Of a stretch of DNA of 64,000 nt, positions 18,429 to 28,216 are shown piece after piece. This DNA comes from Candidatus Anstonellales archaeon (GTDB taxonomy: Archaea > Micrarchaeota > Micrarchaeia > Anstonellales > J096). Within the stretch, counting starts at the first letter, position 1. Each line of letters opens with the position of its first letter. The DNA lies in assembly GCA_038890745.1 (NCBI GenBank), contig JAWAFD010000001.1, forward strand, positions 32,001 through 96,000, given 5' to 3'. Below the pieces are notes generated by a model, which was given only the letters and a program-made list of their open reading frames with translations, searched no databases and was not told the DNA's origin. The position numbers were made by a program, and so were the translations under genes.

Positions 18429-18972
18429 CAAAATCACCGACCAAAGAAATTTTTTTGCTTGACAGAATGTTTTTAATAAATGGTGAGTTTTTTTTGCTTC
18501 TGAATTCTTCTTTGCTGTAAACAAAAAAGGAAATTTTCCGGTTTATTTTTTTCTCCGCTTCAAAAATCAAGCAATTTAGTTTTTTCATATCCGGCTTGCC
18601 AACAATAAAAAGGTCTATATCGCTATGCTCATCCATCCTTCCCGTAGCGTAAGAGCCAAATATAAATGCAGACTCTATTCCAGAAATTTTAGAAAGCTGT
18701 TTTTTTATTAAAATGTGTGCGCCCTTCAATTTAAGCAGTAGGGCCCTTAATTCGTCTATAAAAGTGCACTTCTCATTCACTGAATATACTAATGCATTTG
18801 AAATTCTTTCTTTTTTTAAAATTCCAATTTCTTCAAGGTTTTTTAGCTCTTTTCTTACATGAGAGGGCATTATTTTAACTTTTTTAGCAATCTCGCGTAT
18901 TGAACCCTTAAAGTTTTCCAAAAGCATTAGTATAAGGATGCCTTCCCTAGTCTCAGAACCGAGCAATCCCAT
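18409..18972 (-). CDS. wHTH-fused minimal nucleotidyltransferase (MntA-like antitoxin)
   Basis: N-terminal wHTH (SIREIAKK...ELKNLEEIGIL) and the FGSYATG...SDIDL pol-beta motif. Confidence 0.9.
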   Translation of the reverse strand: MGLLGSETREGILILMLLENFKGSIREIAKKVKIMPSHVRKELKNLEEIGILKKERISNALVYSVNEKCTFIDELRALLLKLKGAHILIKKQLSKISGIESAFIFGSYATGRMDEHSDIDLFIVGKPDMKKLNCLIFEAEKKINRKISFFVYSKEEFRSKKNSPFIKNILSSKKISLVGDFDELIRT

Positions 18973-18973
18973 A

Positions 18974-19013
18974 TGTACACTTTTAGTATACAAATGTATA
19001 TAAATAGTATACA
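18974..19013. promoter_or_regulatory. Tandem imperfect palindromes TGTACAC-N5-GTATACA and TGTATAT-N5-GTATACA over the MNT promoter
   Basis: Two related 19-bp inverted repeats directly upstream of the wHTH-MNT start, overlapping the TATA element. Confidence 0.55.
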
Positions 19014-19019
19014 TAGGGT

Positions 19020-19279
19020 GGTGGGCATCCCGGTTCACCCCTCCACCATGAAGCTAAGTCCAAACCTCTGCTCGCCCCTGCAACCCCCAAAGCATGCCTT
19101 CAGAGGCTTAGGGCTGCTCCTTCCGGCCTGACCCGCTTCGCCAGGGAAGACATCGATGGGGACAGGGGGTCTCAGCTTTGGAATGGGTTCACTCCATAAT
19201 GGATGGGTTATCCGGGCATTCGGCCCGCCATGAAGAGGATTTGCGGAACGGGGACCCCTAACCCCCTACCTAGCCCACC
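19020..19279 (-). ncRNA. ffs: Archaeal signal recognition particle (7S) RNA
   Basis: Reverse complement begins GGTGGGCTAGGTAGGGGGTTAGGGGTCCCC, contains helix 8 TCAGGCCGGAAGGAGCAGC, and its 3' end GCCCACC pairs with the 5' end; GC-rich. Confidence 0.92.
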
Positions 19280-19311
19280 AATATTTTTTAGGAAAAACGA
19301 GTTAATAAATG

Positions 19312-19917
19312 TTATTGCTCAAAAAGTTTTACAATATCCTCTTTTTCTAAATCCTGTATTCTTCTAAGCATTTCTATCTTTCTGTCTATTTTTGATGCAA
19401 GCGCATGGACTGCTTTTCCGAAATAAAAACCACCCAATCCTAACCCCAACGCACCAATCCAGAGAGAGTAGGAATAGAGGTTTTTTATTAGTGGTTCTGC
19501 GTTTGCGAATGATGCGTCAAAACCCAAAAAAGCCGGGATAATTCCTGCAATTCCAACAGGAATGGAAAGCAGGGTCTTTGCTGTTTTGTTCATTTTTGAG
19601 GTTAGGATAGCTGTAAAAATTAACGCGCAACCCCCAAAACCAAACGCGGAGCCAAAACCATAAACATAGGCAAGAGGATTGCCGGTTCTTATTGAGGCTG
19701 CAACCGCATCAAAAGCAATAAACCCTGGAATGAGTGAAGAAGCTCCAAAAATACCTGCAAAAGGATACCCAACTGTGTTTAGTGTAATTTTTGCAAATTT
19801 AAGGGCAGCTATTTTTCTCCTTGCCTCTTCTAAAGCAACATCGGGTAATTGCTCTCTATCTATCTTGTCTTTTGAGTAGAGCTTGTATGTTTTATTTAAT
19901 ATTTTCCTAATGTTCAT
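19312..19917 (-). CDS. Hypothetical membrane protein (about 4 Gly-rich TM segments)
   Basis: Hydrophobic Gly/Ala-rich segments with basic termini. Confidence 0.65.
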   Translation of the reverse strand: MNIRKILNKTYKLYSKDKIDREQLPDVALEEARRKIAALKFAKITLNTVGYPFAGIFGASSLIPGFIAFDAVAASIRTGNPLAYVYGFGSAFGFGGCALIFTAILTSKMNKTAKTLLSIPVGIAGIIPAFLGFDASFANAEPLIKNLYSYSLWIGALGLGLGGFYFGKAVHALASKIDRKIEMLRRIQDLEKEDIVKLFEQ

Positions 19918-19942
19918 AGTTTTAATTTGTGTCTAATAGAGT

Positions 19943-20644
19943 TTAAAAATGTTTTGGTTCGGTGTATGGTAGAAACCTTTCCTTAAACTCCCTGCCCTGG
20001 AGGAGGAAAGTTCCGGGTTGGTCTGCTATGGTGTAGAGCACACTGGCATAGTTATTTATGGTGGAGATAAAATCGTGCATCGTACCTATTGCATAACTTA
20101 GCACATTCGAAAGGAAAATTGTTGTATAATTTCCCGACTTTATTTCAGAAATATCTGAAACTATAAACGTTATCTCTGCTTCTGATGGAAGTTCAAACTC
20201 TCTAAGATAAAAATCCGGTATCCTACCCGGGGGAAAGATTGCATCTCTTATTATAAAATAGGGATGAATACCATATGGGCTTAAAATTTTGAATTGGTCA
20301 GGAAAGTTTTTGTAAAGCTCGCTGAGGATCCTACCATCCTTGCCGCGACTTATAAGGAATTCTGAGAATTCTTTATGTTTTTTTAAGCTGACTGCACATA
20401 GCCGCAAAAAAGCAAGAAAAATCGCATCAAAAGAAATATCCACAACATCTACTCTCCTAGCCCCTTTCTCAAGAAGCATGAGCATCGGAATTCCTCCTCC
20501 ACTTGCAATAGTAAGGACATTTTTTAGGTTTAAGTTGGATGGAAAAATCGGGTTTTCTTCAAACGGAAAGGCATAGGCTGGATGGGAGAACGAATATTTT
20601 TCGTTTTTACATTCCTTTATTGTGCTGAATTTAACAGTTAGCAT
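19943..20644 (-). CDS. DUF3419/BtaA-like SAM-dependent transferase (divergent)
   Basis: VLTIASGG...VDVVDIS...LRL and IFLSNV resemble DUF3419 class I SAM-binding motifs. Confidence 0.55.
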   Translation of the reverse strand: MLTVKFSTIKECKNEKYSFSHPAYAFPFEENPIFPSNLNLKNVLTIASGGGIPMLMLLEKGARRVDVVDISFDAIFLAFLRLCAVSLKKHKEFSEFLISRGKDGRILSELYKNFPDQFKILSPYGIHPYFIIRDAIFPPGRIPDFYLREFELPSEAEITFIVSDISEIKSGNYTTIFLSNVLSYAIGTMHDFISTINNYASVLYTIADQPGTFLLQGREFKERFLPYTEPKHF

Positions 20645-20669
20645 GTTGTATTATATGTTATTAAATGTT

Positions 20670-21017
20670 TTAAATCCTTTCTATCTTCTTCTCTATCCTT
20701 TCAAGCCTTTTTTCCAAGTTTTCAAGCATCCTGAAATTCCTCTGCCATGCAGGGCTCCTGCTTATGGCTGCCCTTTCCTGCGCTTGCGGGAATTTTATGT
20801 ACCTCTCAAGAACCAAACCAGTAAGCCATATGCATGCCAATGCAAGGGGAACGAAAATGAGAAGAAGCTCGGCAGTATATTGAATGCCAAAAAAGCTTTT
20901 CAGCTTATCAGAAGCTGTAATAACAAGAAGGATGAAGTTTACTAAAGTAAGAACCTGAATGCCTATCAGAAACCTCCACCATTGCTCAGCAAAAAAATCC
21001 CTTATTTCCCTTATCAT
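20670..21017 (-). CDS. Small membrane protein with C-terminal coiled coil
   Basis: Two TM helices; LENLEKRLERIEKKIE tail. Confidence 0.7.
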   Translation of the reverse strand: MIREIRDFFAEQWWRFLIGIQVLTLVNFILLVITASDKLKSFFGIQYTAELLLIFVPLALACIWLTGLVLERYIKFPQAQERAAISRSPAWQRNFRMLENLEKRLERIEKKIERI

Positions 21018-21021
21018 TCTC

Positions 21022-21954
21022 TCACCTTCCTTTATACCATTCGACCGTTCTCCTCAAACCTTCCTCTAAACCTGTTTTCGGCTCCCACCCTAAAAGCTGT
21101 TTTGCAAGGGAGATGTCTGCCAAACTGTGTTTTACATCACCCGGCCTCTCCTTCTCAAAAACCGGTGCCAAGTTTTTGCCCAGTATTTTATTCAGAAGAG
21201 CGGCAAGCTCAAGAATGGAAGTTTGTTTCCCTCCAGCAATGTTTAGCGCTTTTCCGAATGCATCATTGTTTTTTGTTTCCATCGCCCTTATGTTTGCATC
21301 CACAACATCATCAACATACGTAAAATCCCGAGTTTGTTTTCCATCCCCATAGATTATCGGGGGTTTGTTTTTAAGCATCCGGGAAATAAACGCTGGAATA
21401 ACGGCAGCATACTCGCTTTTCGGGTCCTGTTTTTTTCCATATACATTGAAATAGCGGAGGGAGATTGTTTCAAGCCCATAGAATTCATAGAATTGTTTTG
21501 CATGCTGTTCATTTATTACTTTCGCGGAAGCGTATGGGCTTTTTGGCTCTGGGCACATGCTCTCAACTTTTGGAAGCGTTGGCTTGTCTCCATAAACTGA
21601 GGAAGAGGAGGCGAGGATTACTCGTTTAACATTGTTTTTTCTTGCGCATTCAAGGACATTCAGGGTTCCGATTATGTTTACTTTGCTTGTTCCTATTGGG
21701 TCCTTTATGCTTTTTGGAACAGAGGGGATGGCTGCTTGGTGAAGAACAAAATCAACATTTTTCATGGCTTTATTAAGAGCATTTTCATTCAGTATGCTCT
21801 CCTTTATGAACTTTATTCGGTTTTTAAATTCTGAAATGTTTTCTATTTTTCCTGTGGATAAATCATCAAAAACAATTACTTCATGTTGTTCGCTTATCTT
21901 CTCTGCGATGTTTGAGCCAATAAACCCGGCACCACCGCTTATAAGAATTCGCAT
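21022..21954 (-). CDS. NAD-dependent nucleotide-sugar epimerase (UDP-GlcNAc 4-epimerase-like)
   Basis: ISGGAGFIGS, HQAAIPSV, SSSSVYG, YASAK, LRYFNVYG and GDGKQTRDF. Confidence 0.92.
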   Translation of the reverse strand: MRILISGGAGFIGSNIAEKISEQHEVIVFDDLSTGKIENISEFKNRIKFIKESILNENALNKAMKNVDFVLHQAAIPSVPKSIKDPIGTSKVNIIGTLNVLECARKNNVKRVILASSSSVYGDKPTLPKVESMCPEPKSPYASAKVINEQHAKQFYEFYGLETISLRYFNVYGKKQDPKSEYAAVIPAFISRMLKNKPPIIYGDGKQTRDFTYVDDVVDANIRAMETKNNDAFGKALNIAGGKQTSILELAALLNKILGKNLAPVFEKERPGDVKHSLADISLAKQLLGWEPKTGLEEGLRRTVEWYKGR

Positions 21955-21982
21955 GTAAAGGTTTGAGATAAAGGATTTAAAA

Positions 21983-23239
21983 CTATTGTGATGGATTGGA
22001 AATTCTAACAAGCCATTTCCATGCAGGAATAACGTGGATTATATTACCTTGGATATTCATTTCCTTCTCCTGGTCGAAAGTTATGATACTCCCTTCCTTC
22101 AGATTGTAGGCATTCATTGCTTCTAACAAGCCTTCAATCTCCCGCCTTTCGTTTTCTTCTGAAAACTCGTATGCTACTTGAACGGCCTGCTTCCCATCCA
22201 CAATAAAATCGCATTCTCTTTTTCCATAGTGGTAACAAACTTTTTTTCCTTTTTTTATCAATTCCATAAAAATGAGGTTTTCAAGCATCAACCCCCTGTC
22301 TTCCTTGATCTCAAAAAGTTTAAGATATCCGTTGTCCACAAAAAATCTTTTTTTTCTTTCCTGCCGCAAAACAGACTTTGAGAATGGGTATGATGGTATG
22401 AGAAGGAATGCTTCTTCAAGGTACTCAAGATATTTTTCCACTGTGTTTGGGCCTACATCTATCCCCGCTTCTTTTGCTCCACGGTATACTGAACGAGGAG
22501 TGAATGTATTGCCAACATTCTCTCGCGCTTTTTTTATTATAAACCTAAGAATGCTTTCATTTTCAAGTTTTCTCCGGCCGATCAAATCTTTAAAAAAAAC
22601 AAGGTCAAAGTATGTTGCAAGCACGCTATATTTTGCTTCAGGTTGGGTTAGTTTAGCCACTTCCGGAAATCCGCCAAACAATAAATATTCTTCGAGAAAT
22701 CTCTTTAATAAAAACCGGTCTTTTGAAAACTCTGTATCCTGCTTTATACTAAACCCCTTAAACCTCAAAAATTCATTAAAGTCTAGGGGGAACACCGGCA
22801 CCTCTATAAATCTCGCTCCAAGCCTCTCTGATATTTCACGGCTCAACAATTTAGAGTTTGACCCGGTTATGATTGTTTTATATCCGGTATCGGCAAGTCT
22901 ACGAGCAAATGATTCCCAACCATTGATTATATGCACCTCATCCAAAAATATGACTGGAGTTTCTTGTTTGAGCTCATAGTAAGCGTCTAGAATAAGGTCA
23001 AAATGCTCTTTCCTAAAACCATCTAGACGGTCATCCTCAAAATTTATATATACGATATTTTTATCAGAAAGCTGCTCTCTTATTTCGTACACCAAAAAGC
23101 TTTTTCCTGCACGCCGTGGACCAGTTAGAACTAGACAGTGGTTTCCGGTTATTAACTCTGATGGAATTTTATGCCTTTGGATAAATGCTGGTTTTGATTC
23201 CCAGAACTCAACAATCAAACGTTTAATTATTTCCTTCAT
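21983..23239 (-). CDS. AAA_14 ATPase with DUF4143 and a C-terminal nuclease-like fold
   Basis: GPRRAGKS, FLDEVH, ITGSNS, FGGFPE, ENLIFMEL and ECDF...QV. Confidence 0.9.
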   Translation of the reverse strand: MKEIIKRLIVEFWESKPAFIQRHKIPSELITGNHCLVLTGPRRAGKSFLVYEIREQLSDKNIVYINFEDDRLDGFRKEHFDLILDAYYELKQETPVIFLDEVHIINGWESFARRLADTGYKTIITGSNSKLLSREISERLGARFIEVPVFPLDFNEFLRFKGFSIKQDTEFSKDRFLLKRFLEEYLLFGGFPEVAKLTQPEAKYSVLATYFDLVFFKDLIGRRKLENESILRFIIKKARENVGNTFTPRSVYRGAKEAGIDVGPNTVEKYLEYLEEAFLLIPSYPFSKSVLRQERKKRFFVDNGYLKLFEIKEDRGLMLENLIFMELIKKGKKVCYHYGKRECDFIVDGKQAVQVAYEFSEENERREIEGLLEAMNAYNLKEGSIITFDQEKEMNIQGNIIHVIPAWKWLVRISNPSQ

Positions 23240-23288
23240 GTATTATTAATAATACAAAAATATTTAAAAATGTATCATTTATAATACA
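23239..23288. promoter_or_regulatory. Pair of 18-bp palindromes flanking the TATA box of the AAA_14 ATPase gene
   Basis: TGTATTATTAATAATACA (23239..23256, perfect) and TGTATCATTTATAATACA (23271..23288, 2 mismatches). Confidence 0.6.
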
Positions 23289-23291
23289 AAA

Positions 23292-24398
23292 TCAAAGATT
23301 AGCCACCTGATGATAAACATTTTCAGTGAGCTTTGCAACATTTTCCCACGAATACTCCTCTTTAATTATGTACTTTGCCTTTTCTATTATTTTTTTGAAT
23401 GTTTTTTGGGATTTTAAAAACCTAAGGAGTTTTACGACAAGATCATCTTCGTTTTTGAAAATAAATCTTTCTTTTTTCTCTCCATAAGCCTGCTCGAATA
23501 AGTACGGGGCCTCGCCTACTGGGGTGGAGAACATCGGCCTACCGGAAGCAATCGCCTCAAGCCAAACCAAACTAAACCCCTCGTATCTGCTCGGAAGAAC
23601 AATCGCTTTGCTCTCGCAGTATACCTGAGGCATTTGCTCATATGGAACTTCCATAAAAGTTGATTTTATGTTCAATGAATTTGCAAGAGCTTCTAATTTG
23701 CTTTTTATCCCCTCATCCTTTCCGACCAGTTCAAGCTCTAATTCTGGAAAGTATTTTTTTATTTTTGCAAAGGCCCTTATCAAAACATCAATTCCCTTAT
23801 CCTCATCTAACCTTCCAACATAAGTTATTTTGTTTTTCTTTTCATAATCAAGCTCGCAATCAAAAATCTCCTCTATCCCATTCGGAACATAAACAATTTT
23901 TTGCGGGTCGCATTCTTTTGCAATCTTCGGTATTGTTGCTTTTGAAACAACAATTACTTTCTTTGCTATTCTAAGAAAAATTGAAGCAATAAAAAATTTG
24001 TAAAAATAATAGAATAATTTTTTTGGTCCTTTCACCTCAGGATACCCATGAAGGGTGAACACAAAGGGTTTTCTGTTTAGGAAGGCGGCGATGGAAGCGA
24101 AAAACGGCATTATGGAACCATACCCATGGCTTGCGTATATGTCTGGGTTTTCTTTTAGCATTCCAAAAAATGCAAATATGGGAAGCCGGGCGGAGGAGAA
24201 TATAGGGAAATCGATGGAGAAGAACCGCTTCACTTTCACTCCATTAAAATCCTCTTCTCCTGAGGTTCCTCTATCTCTTGTAGTTATCACCACTACATCA
24301 TTTCCGAGAGCATGGAGCTCCTTAGAAAGATGGTAGACGTGGTGCTCAATACCCCCTTGGGTTGGGGGGAATGAGTGGACGGCTTGGAGGATCTTCAT
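23292..24398 (-). CDS. Glycosyltransferase family 4
   Basis: [17 protein letters not shown] and [13 protein letters not shown]. Confidence 0.92.
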   Translation of the reverse strand: MKILQAVHSFPPTQGGIEHHVYHLSKELHALGNDVVVITTRDRGTSGEEDFNGVKVKRFFSIDFPIFSSARLPIFAFFGMLKENPDIYASHGYGSIMPFFASIAAFLNRKPFVFTLHGYPEVKGPKKLFYYFYKFFIASIFLRIAKKVIVVSKATIPKIAKECDPQKIVYVPNGIEEIFDCELDYEKKNKITYVGRLDEDKGIDVLIRAFAKIKKYFPELELELVGKDEGIKSKLEALANSLNIKSTFMEVPYEQMPQVYCESKAIVLPSRYEGFSLVWLEAIASGRPMFSTPVGEAPYLFEQAYGEKKERFIFKNEDDLVVKLLRFLKSQKTFKKIIEKAKYIIKEEYSWENVAKLTENVYHQVANL

Positions 24399-24450
24399 GA
24401 AAAGAGATGGAAGAGGAGGGTTTTTATTTGTTTTTGGAATAACCTATCAC

Positions 24451-25005
24451 ATGGGAGAATTAAAAGTTGGGCAGAACACAAAAATAGCTAATGATGTGGT
24501 GTTTGAAAGGATGGAACTTGGAGATGTGGTGATTGGAAGTGGGTGTACCATACGCTCTAACAACGTAATATATGGAGGTACAAAAATAGGGGATGGCACA
24601 AAAACAGGGCATTTTGTTCTAATAAGGGAAAAAACAGTAATCGGAAAAAACTGCTTAATTGGTTCTGGAACGATACTTGATGGTGATGTAAAAATTGGGG
24701 ACAATGTAAGAATACAAAGCATGGTATACATTCCACCTAAGTGTATAATTGAAGACGACGTATTTATAGGGCCAAGGGCTGTGCTTACAAATGATAAATA
24801 CCCGCCGCAGCCTAATTTGCAGGGGGTTACCATAAAAAAGGGCGCCTCGATTGGTGCAAATTCAACCCTACTCCCGGGTGTTGTTGTCGGTGAAAACGCT
24901 TTGGTAGGAGCTGGAGCTGTCGTGACAAAAAATGTTCCACCAAATAGTGTTGTGGTAGGAAATCCTGCAAGGGTTATAAAAAAACGTTCGGAGCTGAGAA
25001 AATGA
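24451..25005 (+). CDS. Hexapeptide-repeat N-acetyltransferase (WbpD/WlbB-like)
   Basis: Left-handed beta-helix repeats, [14 protein letters not shown] and VVVGNPARV; first gene of the sugar operon. Confidence 0.88.
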   Translation: MGELKVGQNTKIANDVVFERMELGDVVIGSGCTIRSNNVIYGGTKIGDGTKTGHFVLIREKTVIGKNCLIGSGTILDGDVKIGDNVRIQSMVYIPPKCIIEDDVFIGPRAVLTNDKYPPQPNLQGVTIKKGASIGANSTLLPGVVVGENALVGAGAVVTKNVPPNSVVVGNPARVIKKRSELRK

Positions 25006-26105
25006 TTCCGATAGCAAAACCAATAATTGAAAATGATGAGGTAGATGCCGTCGCACGAATTATGAAAAGTGGAATTCTGGCGCAGGGGGAAGAAGTAAAA
25101 AAATTCGAAGAAGAGTTTGCAAGGTATATCGGAGTTAGACACGCAGTTGCAGTTTGCAACGGAACCGCTGCGTTGGATATAATATTAAAATCTATTGGGG
25201 TAAAGGGTGGGCATGAGGTGATTGTACCTGATTTTACGTTCATAGCAAGTGCAAATGCAGTTCTTTACCAGGGCGCGAAGGTTGTTTTTTGTGATGTTAA
25301 GGAGGATACTTTTAACATTGATGTTGATGATGTTAAGAAAAAAATATCCAAAAAAACAAAAGCAATCATGGCTGTGCATCTTTTTGGTCAGCCGGCAGAC
25401 CTGGCTGAACTAAGAGAAATATGCGAACAGCAAGACATTATATTGATTGAGGATGCTTGCCAAGCACATGGAGCTGAGTATGATGGTAAAAAAGTAGGGG
25501 GCTTTGGAATAGGCGCATTTTCTTTTTACCCTACAAAAAACATGACAACTGGGGAGGGGGGGATGATAACAACAAACGATGATGAAATCGCTGAATTTGC
25601 ACGCATGTATAGAGACCAGGGACAGAAAAACAAATATGAACATTCTATACTTGGGCACAATATGAGGATGACGAATATTGCAGCTGCTTTTGGAAGAGTG
25701 CAGTTAAAAAAATTGGATAGGTGGAATGAAAAGAGAATAAAAAATGCTGAAAAATTAACGAGAGGATTGGCAGAGGTCGCAGGAATCACTCCACCATATA
25801 CCAAAAAAAATGTAAAGCATGTTTTTCATCAGTATGTGATAAAAGTTGAGAGAGAATTTCCTAGAGATAGAGATGGTTTAAAGGAGTTTCTCGCAGAAAA
25901 TGGAGTTGGTACGGGGATACACTATCCGAAACCAATTCACATGCAACCACTGTATCAAAAATTAGGGTATAATAAAAATTTGTGTCAGGTTAGCACGCTA
26001 CTGTCAAACAAGGTTCTAAGTCTGCCAGTGCATCCGGAAGTATCAGAAGATGATATAAGTTTTATTATTGAATTAATCCACAAAGCAAGCGAAAGGAGTG
26101 GGTAG
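25002..26105 (+). CDS. DegT/DnrJ/EryC1/StrS aminotransferase (WbpE-like)
   Basis: [15 protein letters not shown] and [15 protein letters not shown]. Confidence 0.93.
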   Translation: MIPIAKPIIENDEVDAVARIMKSGILAQGEEVKKFEEEFARYIGVRHAVAVCNGTAALDIILKSIGVKGGHEVIVPDFTFIASANAVLYQGAKVVFCDVKEDTFNIDVDDVKKKISKKTKAIMAVHLFGQPADLAELREICEQQDIILIEDACQAHGAEYDGKKVGGFGIGAFSFYPTKNMTTGEGGMITTNDDEIAEFARMYRDQGQKNKYEHSILGHNMRMTNIAAAFGRVQLKKLDRWNEKRIKNAEKLTRGLAEVAGITPPYTKKNVKHVFHQYVIKVEREFPRDRDGLKEFLAENGVGTGIHYPKPIHMQPLYQKLGYNKNLCQVSTLLSNKVLSLPVHPEVSEDDISFIIELIHKASERSG

Positions 26106-26106
26106 T

Positions 26107-27039
26107 ATGGATGTTGGAGTAGTTGGAGTAGGAATGATGGGAAAAAATCATCTTAGAATATATTCAGAGATGAGAGGAATTGATGACATTTATGTATATG
26201 ATACTAATGTAAAAGCTATGAAAGAAAACGCGAAAATCTATTCGGCCGAAGAGTCTAGAAGTCTAGAAGAGTTGCTAAAAGAAGTTGATCTGGTGAGCAT
26301 ATGCGTTCCAACGGGATATCACTTTGAAACCGCAAAAAAAGCTATCGAGCATGGAGTAAATTTTCTTGTTGAAAAACCAATAACCAAAACGATTGAGGAA
26401 GCAAGGAGGATAGTCTCGCTAGCGGAAAAACAAAACCTTATCTCTGGGGTGGGGCATATTGAGAGGTTCAATCCTGTAATTAGCGAGATTAAAAAAATTG
26501 TAGACGCACCACTGTATGTTGAAATCAAAAGGCATAACCCAAGCTCAGCAAGGATAAGGGACAGCGATGTTATAATTGACCTTATGATACATGATATAGA
26601 TATAGTGTGGAATAAATTGTTTGAAAACGCAGATATTTCGGCGGCAGAGGGGATAAAGGATGGGGAGATAGAAATGGCCCAAGTCATTGCAAGAGACAAA
26701 AGAACTCTTATTAACATTTCAGCAAGCAGACTATCCTCTAGTAAGATAAGAACGATTCTGATAGAAGAAAAAGAAAAAACGATTTTTGGGGACCTTGTGC
26801 TTCAGGAAGTTTATGTATACAAAAAACCAAACGTATACAGTGCTATGAATATTCAATACAAACAGGAAAATGTCACTGAAAAACTAGTTATAAATAAAGT
26901 TGAGCCTTTAAGAACCGAACTGAACACTTTTGTTAATTGTGTGAGAAACAACAAAAAATTTGAAGTGCCGCTTGAAGAAGGACTAAATGCCCTCAAAGTT
27001 GCTTACGAAATAAAAGGAATGATTTCAAATGAAAGATAG
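26107..27039 (+). CDS. Gfo/Idh/MocA oxidoreductase (WbpB-like UDP-sugar 3-dehydrogenase)
   Basis: GVGMMGKNH, VEKP, VGHIERFNP and DLMIHDID. Confidence 0.9.
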   Translation: MDVGVVGVGMMGKNHLRIYSEMRGIDDIYVYDTNVKAMKENAKIYSAEESRSLEELLKEVDLVSICVPTGYHFETAKKAIEHGVNFLVEKPITKTIEEARRIVSLAEKQNLISGVGHIERFNPVISEIKKIVDAPLYVEIKRHNPSSARIRDSDVIIDLMIHDIDIVWNKLFENADISAAEGIKDGEIEMAQVIARDKRTLINISASRLSSSKIRTILIEEKEKTIFGDLVLQEVYVYKKPNVYSAMNIQYKQENVTEKLVINKVEPLRTELNTFVNCVRNNKKFEVPLEEGLNALKVAYEIKGMISNER

Positions 27040-28216
27040 TGTCATTTCCGTCATCGGGCTTGGAAAAGCAGGCCTACCTCTTGCTTGTGTGATTGCAGAT
27101 GCCGGACTCGAGGTTATAGGCATAGATGTGGATTCTAAAAAAGTCGATATGATAAATCATGGCATAAATCCATTGAAAGAAGAACCGGATCTTGAGGAGC
27201 TTATAAAAAAGCATGGTGGAAATAAGTTAAAGGCAACTACGAGTTATAAAGAAGGGATAGAAAAGGCAACCTTTCATATTTTGATAGTCCCGTTGTTCCT
27301 AGATGCAAATAAAAAACCGGATTACAGTATTTTAGACTCCGCTACTGAACAGGTTGGGAAATTTTTGAAAAAAGATGATGTTGTAGTGGTTGAAACTACG
27401 CTGCCAGTAGGAACGACTGAAGGTAGGATAAAGAAAATACTGGAATCCAAATCAAAAATGAAAGCAGGGGTCGATTTTCATCTAGGCTACTCACCTGAAA
27501 GGGTAATGACTGGATATGCTGTTTCCAGGTATAAAGAATTCCCAAAAGTCATAAGCGGAATAAATGAGGACTCTGTAAAAAGAATTTTTAACGTATATTC
27601 AAAATTTGTCAGAAAAATAGTAACTGCACCAGATATAAAAACTGCAGAGATGGTGAAAATTGCCGAAGGGGTTTACAGAGACGTTAACATAGCAATAGCT
27701 AACGAACTGTATAAGGTATGTAAAGAATATGGAATAGACTTTTCTATAATGAAAGAACTCGCTAAGCACGAGTACTGCAATATTCTTGAACCGGGTGTTG
27801 GAGTGGGAGGCCACTGCATCCCTGTTTATCCTTGGTTTGTTATAAAAAACTTTGAACAAAAGAAACCTGAGAACGTTAAGCTTATGAAAACTGCAAGAGA
27901 AGTGAACGATGGAATGGTTGATTATTGGAAAGCGGAGATATTAAAAAGAATAAAAAAACATGGGAAAGAAAGCAAGAAAGCGAAGATATGTATATATGGG
28001 CTAACATACCGGCCTGGTGTAAAGGAAACCTACGGTAGCAGATCGCTTGCGCTTTACGCGTCTCTGAAAAAAGAAGGTTACAATGTGTATGGCTGGGACG
28101 ATTTGCTCAATCAAGATGAAATAAAAAAATTAAAAGTTAAAATAAAAAAACCTGAAGAATGCGATGTAGTGTTCGATGTTTTTAGCAGAAAAATAAAGAT
28201 AGGACCACAAAGCTAG
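27029..28216 (+). CDS. Nucleotide-sugar 6-dehydrogenase (WbpA/WecC-like)
   Basis: VIGLGKAGLP, ETTLPVGTT, SPER and GVGVGGHCIP. Confidence 0.92.
   Translation: MKDSVISVIGLGKAGLPLACVIADAGLEVIGIDVDSKKVDMINHGINPLKEEPDLEELIKKHGGNKLKATTSYKEGIEKATFHILIVPLFLDANKKPDYSILDSATEQVGKFLKKDDVVVVETTLPVGTTEGRIKKILESKSKMKAGVDFHLGYSPERVMTGYAVSRYKEFPKVISGINEDSVKRIFNVYSKFVRKIVTAPDIKTAEMVKIAEGVYRDVNIAIANELYKVCKEYGIDFSIMKELAKHEYCNILEPGVGVGGHCIPVYPWFVIKNFEQKKPENVKLMKTAREVNDGMVDYWKAEILKRIKKHGKESKKAKICIYGLTYRPGVKETYGSRSLALYASLKKEGYNVYGWDDLLNQDEIKKLKVKIKKPEECDVVFDVFSRKIKIGPQS

Noticed and set aside
19017..19279. rRNA fragment or RNase P RNA in the GC-rich non-coding island
   Set aside because: The helix-8 GGAA motif and terminal helix identify it as SRP RNA.
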